DNA of 64,000 nt. Origin: Felis catus. Taxonomy: Eukaryota. A program made the position numbers and the translations under genes. The stretch spans positions 12,216,001-12,280,000 of the forward strand of contig NC_058383.1 in assembly GCF_018350175.1 (NCBI RefSeq), written 5' to 3'. Under the pieces are notes generated by a model. That model made no database searches. It saw only the letters and a list, made by a program, of their open reading frames with translations, and was not told where the DNA came from. This document shows, piece by piece, positions 23,615-35,793 of the stretch; within the stretch, counting starts at the first letter, position 1, and every line of letters starts with the position of its first letter.

Positions 23615-24471
23615 AACACATCAGCTGTGTGTCAGGAACGAGAAACAGAGACCAAATATCTCTTCCCTATTGTGTCACAGCTGCCCACTGCTGGACCGAT
23701 GGAATCTTCCAGAGCTGCCCCTCCGCCCTGGCCTCTAGAATTGCGCCAACAGAGAGGTGGAGCTCCCAAGCCACGTCGATCTTGGCTACAACCCTCTCTC
23801 GTCCCCCGTACCCACCATGGACTTCACGACGACCTACAATCTGTGGCGCCTCGGTCGGCTCATTATTGAAGCCAGCGTGGGACCCCTTCCTGGCAGGGGA
23901 GGCCTCCTGGGGGAGGAGGCGAGGGGAGTCTATTCAGTAGCTGCTCTATCAGGCCCGGGGAGGAGGCACGGCCTCTAAGGGCGCAATGAAACCAACTCCA
24001 TAGTGGGGAGTCTGTCTCTGCCTTCACGGCAGTTCTCGAACCAGTCAGTGGGAGACAAGTGGGACCCACACACGGGGACCCACAGTGATGCAGGTTTTCC
24101 GGTGCTGGGGGACGAACAGTGCCGGAGGGGGTCACGGGCCTCCCCAGGCTGGGCAGGCCCCCGCCCAAGGCTGCTTTTATCCCGGCCAGGCAGCTAGAGA
24201 AAGAAACACCCCAGCGGTCTGGGGAAATGCCTCTAAACCCATCGTGACCCTGAGGCTTTCACTTCCAGGCTCACTCAAACAAATCTGGGCCTGGGGCAGT
24301 CGCCTCGCACCCCATGATCCCCCATTTTCAGGCCGCTTTTTTATTGTAACCAGATCAGGCCATCTAGTTGAAAATAGCCTCGATTGAACCTCTGATCCCT
24401 GCTGGAGTGGGAGGTGAGGAGACCGCCCCGAGGCGGGCGGCCAGGAGCCGGGAGGGTGGGTTGGAGCCTCA

Positions 24472-24602
24472 CTGACAGCTCAGAGCCTGGAGCCTGCTTC
24501 CGATTCTGTGTCTCCCTCTCTCTCTGCCCCTCCCCCGTTCATGCTGTGTCTCTCCCCATCTCAAAAATAAATAAACGTTAAAAAAAAAAAAAAAGAAAAG
24601 AA
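24472..24602 (+). mobile_element. 5'-truncated CAN-SINE
   Basis: ctgacagctcagagcctgg... to A tail. Confidence 0.92.
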
Positions 24603-24756
24603 ACTCACCTCTTCCAGGAAGTCTGCCTGGATTACCCTCTCGAAACTACCCATTCCATCATACCAGCTTCCTCAAATGCAGCATTGCTTCCAATTTATAT
24701 CTTCCTTCGTCACCGAGTCCTTCTAATAAACGGATATCAGAGGGAACGGGGTTCTT

Positions 24757-24771
24757 GTTTTCTAATTTATT

Positions 24772-24818
<47 letters not shown>

Positions 24819-24997
24819 TGCTCACGTGCCGGGGAGGGGCAAACAGAACCGGGGAGAGGGACTGAGAATCCCAAGCAGGCCCTGCCCTGCCAGTGCAGAG
24901 CCTGATGCAGGGCCCATGAGCCCATGAACCGTGAGATCGGGACCTGAGCCCAAATGAAGAATTGGACGCTTAACCGACTGAACCACCCAGGCGCCCC
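24757..24997 (-). mobile_element. CAN-SINE with (GA)n
   Basis: reverse-complement full length. Confidence 0.93.
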
Positions 24998-25649
24998 AGG
25001 CATGAGGCTCTTGATCAGATTATCTCTCAAACTCAGAAATTAGGAATTCTGACATCAGGTGTGTTCCTTTTCCAGGGCCGTTGAACCTCCACAACGTGAC
25101 CGTGAAGCAGATGTTTTCAACAGCTTTGTCCCAGAGCACCCAGCTGGAAATGTGCCTTCCGGGATCGAAACCCAGGTGTTCCGAGGCCCGGTCGAGCATG
25201 GCTTCCGATCGCCTGCCCCCTCTTTCGTGGTGTCTCCCTCCTGCCTGCTCACCCGGGCGCTAGGTGAGCCCTGATGAACTGGCCGACCGTGACAACAGAG
25301 GGACGCGGGCCGAGACCCCTGTCCCATCTCAGAAAAGAAAAAAACGGCCATTCGGTTGCTAAGAGCCGTCCCTCCCACAAACCCCTCTCGCTCCCCAAGG
25401 TTACGGGTCCCCTGGATTTTCACTCCGCTGACTCTGAAATGTGGACATTGGCCAACGTCGCTCCTACCCCCCCTTCACGTGCCCTGAGCCACGGCGATCT
25501 CTCAGACCTCTGGGTCCAGCCACAGGCAGACAGGGTGGGCACCGTGCCCCTACGAGCCCCTCGGGGCTCCCCAAATATCTCCCCCAGAAACCTAGGACAG
25601 GTGGGTCCTACAGCCCTGGTACACCCTTCAGTGGGGCGGAAGGGGACGG

Positions 25650-26260
25650 GGTCCCAGACAAGGCTCTGATGAGCGACCCGTCCGCGAGGGCTGAGTTATC
25701 GACAACTGGGGTTATCGACAGCTGGGCTCTCCGAGTTCCGAGGAGGGAGCCAAAGGGCCGGTAGCTAACCTCCCAGCTCGGCCCTTTGGCCAAGTGGCAT
25801 CGCCTAGCCGAGCACCACGCTTCCTGCGGGGCTTATTAATTGTACCCCGCCAGCCCCTCGGGGCCCGTTAAGCCGTCGGCACCAGCGTTCAAAGGAAGAT
25901 CAGCTTCAAGGCCGAAAGAGAGTAACAAGAAGTCAGGCAGAAGCTGTGCTTCCGGACGGATTTCCACGGACCTCTCTCCACTCCGCCAGGACCCTCTGGA
26001 GAAGCGGGAGCCCCGGATCCCGGCAGCAAAGGGCTGGCCCAGGATCCCGGGCTTGAAAAATGTCACGTCCCCTTGCTCTGGTTTCCTGCTGTCCTGTTGG
26101 AGAAGCTAGAGACGGGCCGGGCCGGCGGGCGTCCCGGGGAGGGCGCCTTCTCAGGGAGGAGCGTGGGAACTGCAGGCGACCAGAGGCACCTGCCCGGTAA
26201 AGCAGGCACCAAGGGGACTCAGTTGCCTGGGGGAAGTGGCCACACACCCCAAGGTGCGGG
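25650..26260. promoter_or_regulatory. CpG-island-like segment
   Basis: about 38 CpG in 25681-26220 by hand count, GC-rich, not SINE-derived. Confidence 0.45.
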
Positions 26261-27649
26261 CACGGGGCACTTTACATATCAATGAGGTCAAGGATCAGAG
26301 GCTGTCCGCTTCCCGGGTGCTGTTATTAGCCTTTCTGGTGAAGAATCTTTCAAGCATAATTATATTAAAGCACGATTCTCTGCGAGTTTGAAATACGGGA
26401 ATGTTCCGTTTCGGTACGCCTGTGTCATGAGATGATGAACACCCGATGGCCCGGCTACCGCGATGAGGTCTTTCATCGGGTAGAGCAAGACCCGGTAGGT
26501 CCTTGCTCTACCGGGGTCTGGGGGAGGGCAAGCGAGCTCGACAGGCAGGCGGCGGGGTAGGGGGTGGGAGGAAGGGTTCCAAGGGCAGGACTTTCCAGCA
26601 GACTTTGAGGGGAAGGGAAGGGGCCGGTCTCCTCTCTAGAGGAAGAAAAGGCCACCCACTGGTGTGAGTTCTGGGGTCCCAGGAGGGCTCCTCCCCAGTG
26701 TCTGCCCCCCACGTCCCGTCCCTAGGGGCTGGAATTGGTTTCTTTATGGAGGACACACTGTGGTTCCCAAAACAGAGGACCGTGACAGGGGCTGATTCTG
26801 TGCCAAGCACACGTAAGTGCAGGTCGGGGGCACAGAGTTTCCAGACACCCGGGAGGAGGGTCGGGGAGGACCAGGAAGGAGGAGATACAAGCAGGTAGGC
26901 ATATTTGGACATACCTGGTCGACTTTACCCATCCCTGTAACTGCCTACATGTGACACAGGACACAAACGGACCCTCCTGGGAGCCAGGCAGCCCGGGAGC
27001 CATCGCCCGTCCCCACTGTCACACAGGCTCAGCCTGAGTCACAGGTGCAAGGGGAGATCACTTCCACAGTCCCAGAAACACAATGTCAGGGGCGGCTCAT
27101 TTCTGGGAGTCCCTTTCTGCTGGCTTCGCTTCTCCTCCACGACACCTGCCCACATCAGGAGGTTCCCTTGTGCACCTTCGAGAACAATGTCTGGCTCAGA
27201 GCGAGCCCCCGGGTTTGTCTTATTAGTAGGGACGGTGGGAGTGAAGGCGTGGGAGCCGCCACAGCGGAGAGCCTGGTCTTTAAACATAAACCCGAATTGG
27301 CGCTGGCCGCCTTCTAGGCTCTTCTGCCAACGTGACATTGACGCAGCCATCTCTGACCCCTACCTGTGGGTCCAGCCTCCCACCTGCCTGCGGTGGAGAT
27401 CTGTGGTCAAACAAAACCAACCCCAAGAAGAAGAGTTCACAAAGAAGCAGCCTCCCAACTGCGTCACATGAGGTCACCGGGAAAGGGGATTTCCGTGACA
27501 TTCCACGCGTTGCCCCCACATTCACTTAAATCACAACCTTGACGGACTAAACGGCGGGGACACAATGCCCCTAAACACCGCCGGGGCTACGGGGGCCAGC
27601 AAAACCGTGGACGACTCTGGACTTGAGTCATAACAAACACGGGAGACGG

Positions 27650-27750
27650 TTGCTAATATCACCCCATTTTACAGATGAGGAAACTGAGTCACAGAGAGGT
27701 TAAAGAGCGTCCCCAAGAACAGTCACATGGCTAGGAGCGGCAGACCCACT
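27650..27750 (-). mobile_element. MIR core
   Basis: ccccattttacagatgaggaaactgagtcacagagaggttaa. Confidence 0.85.
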
Positions 27751-28299
27751 TGGCTCTCAGTCTCTCTTGGTTAACCACGAACTTCCCCTGCATGGAGGTG
27801 GCCGGCTGAGAAATACAGGAATGGGCGAGAGAGAACACTCCCTCTCTCGGCTGAAAGGGAAATTCAGAGGGCGACAGAGTGTGACCGCAGCACACATCAC
27901 AGTAAATAAAGAGCCAGCAAATGCCGGTGACCCAGACAGCCAAATGGCAGGGGTGAGAGAGAGACTAGGATCTTGGCAAGCAAGGGTCCCTATCCAGGCA
28001 AGAGTTGTGTAGCAGGGGCCAACAAAGCCCAGGTCACCCTGTGAACGAGCCTTTACATCACGGAAGATGCCCACAGAATGCGCCTCCGGTCCTCCCTTGT
28101 TGGGGATAGAAAAGGTGACGGGTCACCCAAAATGTCTCGTAATCGAACCATCCAGAAGGTGAACAAGAGCCAGATACCGGAAGCCCCAAGGCCAAACCTG
28201 GGGAGGCCGAATACCGTCTCCAGACCATCGCGGGCACCTGCCCGGCAAAGAGGCGTCCTGCCGCGTCCTCGGGGGCACAGACCAGGCTGAGCCGCCTGA

Positions 28300-28415
28300 T
28301 CTGGCTTCCCAGCTCCCCCAGTCCCTAGCTATGGAAGCCTCGGGAAAATTGCTGGCTTTTTCTGAGCCTCATCTTCCTCCCTGGTAGAACCGGGTTCTTA
28401 TAAACATTAAATGGG
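28300..28415 (+). mobile_element. MIR remnant
   Basis: cctcgggaaaattgctggctttttctgagcctcatcttcctcc. Confidence 0.55.
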
Positions 28416-28429
28416 TGGTTATCTCATGC

Positions 28430-28562
28430 CGGCCTTCTTAAAACACAGGCCCCCACCCCGGAGATTCTGAGTCAGTGGGCCTGGGGCCTGGGAATCAGCA
28501 TGGCTGACAAATGCCCGGATGCTGCTGGGCCCCCACCACCCTTCGAGAACCCCCCGCTGGCC
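28430..28562. mobile_element. MER5A-like relic
   Basis: ggccccaccccggagattctgagtcagtgggcctggggcctgggaatcagcat. Confidence 0.75.
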
Positions 28563-28919
28563 TAGAACAACAAGCAGCAGGGGAACTCCGGAGAAAACGC
28601 GTGTTGCGACCCAGGAACGCGGCTCCAAATTGGATGTTTGAACGACCAGCCCTCGACTTGGAATCTTCTGGGATCTAGGCCGATGTCTGAGACACTGTGC
28701 AGGCCACGCAAAGACATGGCCACCCTTGCGTGACCCTGAGCAGAACATTCAGCGAAGGGCGGCCCCCTGGGTGGAGAGGCCTGGGTCCGTGCGGACGACA
28801 CAGAGAGCATGTGCGTCGCTGAAAAGCAGGGAAAGCAGGGAGCCTGCTCGTTCTGGAGACTTCTGCGCTCTCCTGCTGGTAAGATGTCAAGATAGTTGAG
28901 CGGCTTGTGTTTTTCTCTG

Positions 28920-29700
28920 ACTTCAGAAGCAACTTATGCAAATGCGGATAAGGAAAAAAGACAACAACACCCCCCCACCCCCGGCAAGCTGCAGGTTAAC
29001 ATTCTAATAAAGAGAAAAGTGGGGCGGGTAGGCGGGGCGCGGAAAAATTGTTCGGAGGGAGAGATAGTGGGATAAGGGGGGGTCAGCGGTTCTCTAACCA
29101 AAAGTCAGCTTTCACGGCAGATATCTGAGATATTCGTGTTACAGCTCTGAGAGCATCAGGAAGCATTGAAATGAAAAAAAAAATGTGGTTTCTTTCTCTT
29201 TTTTGGCCCCCCGAAAGACTTTCTAAAAACCAGGAAATGCGAGAGTCTCAAACATACCCCTAGAGATCTAGAAAGTTGTTTTCATTTGTACCAGTTTCCA
29301 TAAATAGCATTTGCGAATAAAATCCCTTAATTGTTTGTAATATTAATTAAATTGGAATACACCTTTGATTTGCACTGGCACCTTGGTGTGAAACCAATAT
29401 CATCGGGCTTTTGTTCAGTGATGTTCTAATTTCCCCCTTCTTTTTGTGAGAAGTAAGTCCCCTCGTCACAAGCAGGGTCTTTGTTGGTTTCGTACAAGAC
29501 ATGCAAATTCACCATCCTTTCTTTTTCTTTTTTTTCCAAAATGCAAGGTACAGGTAAGGAGAATTGGCTTACCTGTTGCTGCTAATCAATTTATTCGGAT
29601 CCACACAAATCTCTGTTCTGTGGGTTGTTTTTTTTTTCAATCTGCATGCTCTAGATTCGTTACAACTAGAATCCGATGATTTCTAGTTACCATTCTAGTG
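28920..29700. promoter_or_regulatory. candidate enhancer (Oct/GATA/TCF/Sox cluster)
   Basis: ATGCAAAT at 28936-28943 and 29501-29508; GATAAG at 28947 and ~29071; CCTTTGAT 29362; CTTTGTT 29479; no recognisable repeat over ~800 bp. Confidence 0.5.
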
Positions 29701-29786
29701 GGACAACTTGACCAAGAGCTGTTCGATGCCAGCTGACTTCCAAATCCAAACTACCTATTTTAAAATGGGGATGAATGGGGGTGGGG

Positions 29787-30020
29787 GGGGGCGCCTGGGT
29801 GACTCCGTCGGTGAAGCGACCGACACTTGACTTCGGCTCAGGTCATGATCTCACGGTTCACGAGTTTGAGCCCCACGTGGGGCTCCGGGTTGACAGCTCA
29901 GAGCCTGTTTGGGGTTCTCTCTCTCCCTCTCTCTCTGCCCCTCCCCTGCTCATGTGCACTCTCTCTCTCACCTTCACTCTCAAAATAAATAAATAAACAT
30001 TTAAAATAAGATCAAATAAA
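29787..30020 (+). mobile_element. CAN-SINE
   Basis: full length; flanks aatgggggtggg. Confidence 0.94.
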
Positions 30021-32231
30021 ATGGGGGTGGGTAGGTGTTTTACAGCAAGGATTTTGTTTTGTTTGCCTTGTTACCAACTTGGTTTGAAGGTCGAGAGAGA
30101 CAGAGTTCAGGAGTTTCCGCTCAGAAGTGGGACGGAGGGCAGGTACAGAGGACGATGCCCCAGACCCCAACCAGGCACCTATTTGCAAATCAAACCGAAA
30201 GTTCTAGATATCTGGTACCCACTAGTTTTAGGGGTCCTCCGGTTATCCGAGGAGAGTTAGGGTACGAAACGTCGAGTATACCCCACAGTCCTCAGCAGCT
30301 AAATGGGGAGTTTGGTTAAATGCAGGCAGCGCCCTCATCGTGAACACACTTGGGCTGTGCGTCCGTGCACAGGGGTGTGCGATCCGGGGCCACGACTTTC
30401 AAAGTGGCCTCGAAGGTCAACCGGTTCACACAGCTGTTTCTTTGGGATGCGGTCTTAGGCCATGACCACATTCTCATCCCGAGCCCCTTCCGACCCATTA
30501 GACGGATCCCTGTGTGGCTCTATTTTAATCTCTGATCCGCTTAATTACCTGCGCTCTGCTCACGATCCAAGGCCACCATTGCTGTTTCCATGGGGATGAG
30601 ATATCCCATCCCCCTCCACGTTCGTTCTAAAGCCGCCCTCCTCGGCTGTCCTGGATAGTCCCACCTTCGTGGAATGTTCTTCATGCCAAGCCCAGAGGCC
30701 CTCGGAATGGACCGGAAACCCGAATCATAGTCGCAGGTGTCACCCGCCTAGACAGTGTCCACATCCAGCTTTCTTCCGGGAACCCAGTGTCAGGAGGAAG
30801 AATCCTTGGAATCACCACCTCCCCGTCCTCGGTCTCCTGCCAAAGAAAGACGTCATGGTTCCCCGCAACGCACCTACCCTCTTCCGGCACAGATTTTAAA
30901 AGACGACGCTCGTAGGACGAGACAGTAAATGTCACCGAGTGGCCAAAACAACCAAGCTCTGGGCAATCAGTGTGTCTTCATCTTCGATTTTGGGTAATGG
31001 AAGGCTAAACGCAGGGAAGTGACGGGCACTGAGGCTCTGCTACGTACCTCTGTGTAACCTTGGGAGAGCGGTTTAACCTTTCTGGGTCTGAATTTCCCTG
31101 CCCATGACCCTGAGGGGCTTGGCAACATCCTCTGTCAATTTCCTTCCAGTTCTAACATTCCACGATGCTGTGACTTTGAGCCACCCAAGGGATATGGTAA
31201 CGGGCTACTTTCCACCAAAGACTCGGATGTAGTGTTATGAGCTGTAACACGGGCTTCCAGCAAATTCCCTTGCTCTCCCCAGCAGAATTCCCCGTGTCCG
31301 CACTCGGGGCCAGCCCGAGGCAACATTGTAAAACTGGAGAAGGCTGCTATCAACCTCTCCTCTTCCCCTGGGGCTGCCCCCCACTGCCCCAGGTGACTGT
31401 ATTATTCACTTGTCTTGCCGTCACCCACCAGGGCTGATGCCGCATGTTCCGACCACTTCCTGCTCCCCCAAGAGCCTCCAAACCCGTCTTCCACTCCTCT
31501 GGGGCTCAGTGTGCCTTCCGTCAATCTCACGAGGTGCTCCGTTTAAATACATATTACTCGCCTCTAAAAGATACCCAAGGTGAACAAGACATCGTAGCTC
31601 TCTCCTCGGGAGCCTTCGATCTCAGAGGCAGGGGATCCTTACACACAATTATGCACTGGAACACATCGAGGACAAAAATAAAAACGAAACACCCTTCTTT
31701 TAAGAAGAGGAACCCTTCTTTTCAGAAGAGGAAAAGGGCATCGCTCCCTGAAGCGAGAAGGGAAGACTGTGCAGAAAGGGGGCATCTGAGCCGTGACACG
31801 GGTGTAGGTGGCTTCTGATGGCCCAGATGGCCGGTAAGAAAGGAAAGAAAGGACAGAAAGGAAAGTGTGAGCAAAGAGGCCGAGCGAGGAAGCACACCGA
31901 GCGACCCGATTTGGTTGGCTTCCACGGAAAGGAAGCAAACGAACGAGGTTATCAGCAGGGCTGGTTGAAAGCCCGTCATGAATGCCCGGAAAGCCTAACT
32001 AAGGTGCTGTTGTTTTTTCCATTGGACAACAGAGAGCTCTTGAAGGTCACGGGGCAAGGGCAGGGGAAGGGCAGGTCAGACAAGTGTGAGTTCCCAACTC
32101 TCCCCCGCATCGAGCAGCTGTGGTGGGTGCACGGATGAGAGTTTTGTGTTCACAGAATCCCTCCCCAAGGACATAGCTCTGGCTGCAGGCAGACCTGTGC
32201 ACAACCGAGGAAAATAGAACGAGCCTGTCGT

Positions 32232-32430
32232 GGGGCGCCTGGGTGGCTCAGTCAGTTCAGGGTCCGACTGCTGATTTCGGCTCAGGTCATGATCTCGCGG
32301 TTCGTGGGTTCGAGCCCCGCGTCCGGGCTCCGTGCTGACAGTGCAGAAACTGCTTGGGATTCTGTCTAACCGTGCTCTCTGCCCTTCCCCCGCTCCTGCT
32401 CTATCTCTCTCTCCCCAAAAATAATGATAA
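32232..32430 (+). mobile_element. CAN-SINE
   Basis: head and body, degenerate tail. Confidence 0.92.
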
Positions 32431-32582
32431 TGAGGAACTACAGACTGAAGTCCTGAGATGGGGGGGGAGGGGTGGGAATGAGACAAAGAAATGTAAGAAT
32501 TGGAGGAAGCCCGCCCCCCCCCCCGCCCCAGGCTGGGGGGTGAGAAGGACATTTTAAGAACTTCTAAAAATGAAACCATCTT

Positions 32583-32793
32583 GGGGCGCCTGGGTGGCGC
32601 AGTCGGTTGAGCGTCCGACTTCAGCCAGGTCACGATCTCGCGGTCCGTGAGTTGGAGCCCCGCGTCGGGCTCTGGGCTGATGGCTCAGAGCCTGGAGCCT
32701 GTTTCCGATTCTGTGTCTCCCTCTCTCTCTGCCCCTCCCCCGTTCATGCTCTGTCTCTCTCTGTCCCAAAAATAAATAAACGTTAAAAAAAAA
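32583..32793 (+). mobile_element. young SINEC_Fc
   Basis: perfect TSD aaaaatgaaaccatctt 32566-32582 / 32789-32805. Confidence 0.97.
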
Positions 32794-32799
32794 TGAAAC

Positions 32800-33260
32800 C
32801 ATCTTAGATGCATATTCCTAAGGGAACGAAGCCAATCGAGGAAGGCTACCCACTGTATTTTACCAGCTACGTGACCTTCTGGAAAAGGCGACGCTAGGGA
32901 GGCAGTAAAATGATCAGTGGTCGCCAGGGGGTGGGTGGCGGGCAGGGGTGAACAGACACAGCAGAGGATTTTCAGGGCAGTGCAACTCGTCTCACGATAC
33001 TTCAACGGTGGATACACATCGGTGCCCGTTTGCGCAAACCCACAGGACGGACCCCACCGAGAGTGGACCACAGTGTCAGCTATGGTGGGGTGATGACGGG
33101 CCAACGTAGGCTCCTCGGCTGCCACAAACGTACCAGTCTAGTGCAAGATGTTCCTCGTGGGGGCGCCAGGTGTGGGGGTGGGAGACTGGGGGGCATAGGA
33201 GAACTCTGGCTTTCCGCTCAGCTTTGCCATGAACATAAAACTGCTCTTAAAAAAAAAAGC
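32800..33260 (+). mobile_element. old L1M (L1MC1/2-like) 3' UTR
   Basis: ttctggaaaaggc...gatcagtggtcgccagggg...gaggattttcagggcagtg...ctcagctttgccatgaacataaaactgctcttaaaa. Confidence 0.8.
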
Positions 33261-33301
33261 CGATCTAAAAGGAAAAAAGAATGGATACTGATATTGCGTC
33301 C

Positions 33302-33517
33302 TTTTTTTATGTTTATTTATTTCTGAGACAGAGAGAGACAGACCATGAGTGGGGGAGGGACAGAGAGAGAGGGGGACACAGAATCGGAAGCAGGCTCCAC
33401 GCTCTGAGCTGTCAGCACAGAGCCCGACGCGGGGCTCGAACTCACAAACCGCGAGATCATGACCTGAGCCGAAACCAAGAATTGGATGCTTAACTGACTG
33501 AGCCCCCCAGGCACCCC
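33302..33517 (-). mobile_element. CAN-SINE
   Basis: reverse-complement full length. Confidence 0.95.
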
Positions 33518-33624
33518 AAGGGCTTTTTTTTTTTACTTCACGGATCACCCAGTAGGAGCAGAGATTGATGCACGCAGAGAACACCCCGCTTTTAAAGGAA
33601 AGGCAAGGCTGTAAAGAGAGTCCA

Positions 33625-33629
<5 letters not shown>

Positions 33630-33666
<37 letters not shown>
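33630..33666. repeat. (CA)n microsatellite
   Basis: direct reading. Confidence 0.97.
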
Positions 33667-33667
<1 letters not shown>

Positions 33668-34356
33668 TACGGCCAGGATCTCCAAACTTCACTTTTTCTG
33701 TAACACATCTTCTCGAAGCATGTTAGCCTGTGCGTGATAATAGGTGATATTATGCGTGGAAATAAACTATCTTTACACGGTGCGTTAAAATAAGGTTTCG
33801 TTTTCAAAACCTCTTTGCCATAATTACGGGGATTCACGGAGGCCGCGTCAGGGAAGCCCCTCAAGGCTTTCACGTATTTTTAGAAAGTCCTGAATCCCGG
33901 ACCCTGAAGCAGGTGTACAGGACTGCCTGTCCCTCCCCCAAAGGAAAAGCAGGCCAGCTTTCCCGTCACACCCAGGGCCACCAGAGGAAGCCCTTCTGTG
34001 CTTCCCATGCAGCGTCCAGGCCTGTTCTGATTCCTGCCGAATGATGCTAGACCAGCTTGGTAACAAGGGGAAAACTTTCAGTCCGTTTGTTTTGTGGGCT
34101 TGATATTTCCCGAGGACTTATTCTGAGTAAGTTCAACTCCTGCCTGTTTTCTGCAAATTTAACTCTGGGGGTTTCTGTATTTTGGGTAGGGCTCCTGTTC
34201 ACGCTTCAGTCGTGCAAGGGCAGAAACTATAGGAATTCATGTGCTTTGGGTGAATTTTTGGAATCTCAGCTCTTCCTCTCCAATGTCATAGTGCCAGGCT
34301 ACGGCCCCGCCTTCTTCCTCCTCCTCCTCCTGGATTCTCTTCACAAAGAGAATGAC

Positions 34357-34783
34357 AGGGGCGCCTGGGTGGCTCAGTCGGTTGAGCGTCCGACTTCGGT
34401 CAGGTCATGATCTCGCGGTCCGTGGGTTCAAGCCCCGTGTTGGGCTCTGTGCTGATCACTCAGAGCCTGGAGCCTGCTTCAGATTCTGTATTCCACCCCC
34501 CCACCCCTCTCCCGTTTGCACTGTCTCTGTCTCTCAAAAATGAATAAGCGTTAAAAGAGAACATTAAAAAAAAAAAAAAAAAAGAGTCCAACTCTTGATT
34601 TCGGCTCAGGTTGTGTTCTCACGGTTTGTTGAGTTCGAGCCCCGAGTGGGGCTCTTTCGGACAGGGCAGAGCCTGCTTGGAATTCTCTCTCTCTCTCTGA
34701 TTCTCTCTCTCTCTCTGCCCCTTCCCAGCTCATGTGCGCTCTCTTTCTCTCTCTCAAAATAAATAAATAAACTTAAAAAAAAA
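34357..34783 (+). mobile_element. two tandem CAN-SINEs (34357-34583; 5'-truncated 34586-34783)
   Basis: two bodies, each with an A tail. Confidence 0.93.
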
Positions 34784-35175
34784 GTGAATGACGATGATCA
34801 ACCCCTAGGTAGACACCAGCACGTATTAGGTCCAGCCTGTTGCTGGCACCGACAGAAGGAAACCAGCCACAAAAGCGAGACCTCTCTAGGCCTGTCACCC
34901 GTGATCCTTACACCAGGGACAGAAAGGATCCTCCTCCCGGGTTGCGGTCTTGAAACAACACATGCCCCTTGTGCGGCCATCCTCTAATTTAATTGTGTTG
35001 TAGACAGAAATTGCGGTCTGTATGTTACTCTTCGATATTTTCTTAAATTTGTCTTATGGGTTAATCAGTGGTCAATTTTTGCAAATGTGGCCACGTGTAC
35101 TAGAAATAAATATATATTCACTAATTACTGGGTACAGAGTATGCTTTTTGTATCTTGGAGAGTTTCAAAAGATGT

Positions 35176-35284
35176 TTATTTTTTAAAATCTTTTTAACGT
35201 TCGTGGGCTCGAACCCACGCATCGTTGAGATCACGACCTGAGCCGAAGGCGGACGCCTAACCGACTGGGCCACCCAGGCGCCCC
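35176..35284 (-). mobile_element. internally deleted CAN-SINE
   Basis: tail joined directly to head region; TSD aaaagatgttta. Confidence 0.88.
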
Positions 35285-35793
35285 AAAAGATGTTTAAATA
35301 ATGTATGTCTTTCTATGTTTCAGTCTATTGGTTCTAATACTGACAGTGAGGCAAAATCTCCCAGAATCATTATGGATCTGTCCAATTCTCCATATAATTC
35401 AATCAAGTTTTCCCTGTGTATTGTTTGAGACTGTATCATCACTTCAAGCTTAAAATCGTCACGCATTTCCAAAGAATGGTTACTTTTCACATCACGGGGA
35501 CCGCGTCATTATGCCTAATTTCTCCTTTCCTTGGAAAGCAGTTGTCCAATGTGAATGTGACAACGTTGTCTTGTTCAGCAGCTGACTCGTCGCTCTTCCT
35601 TCCGAATACTTTCGATGCCTCCGTGTCTTTACGTTCTGGGTACGTCTCCTGTATTGTGCACTCAGATGGATTTTTCTTTTTTCATTCGACCTCTCAGCGT
35701 CTGCCTCTCGACTTAGGAGTTGAGTCCACTTACAGCAAATGTGCAAACCAATTTTTATGCCTTCAGTTTTTACTATTCTGTGCTTTCTCATTG

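Noticed and set aside
25666..25700. CTGATGAG suggesting a hammerhead ribozyme core
   Set aside because: No stem II closing into GAAA and no stem I/III pairing found
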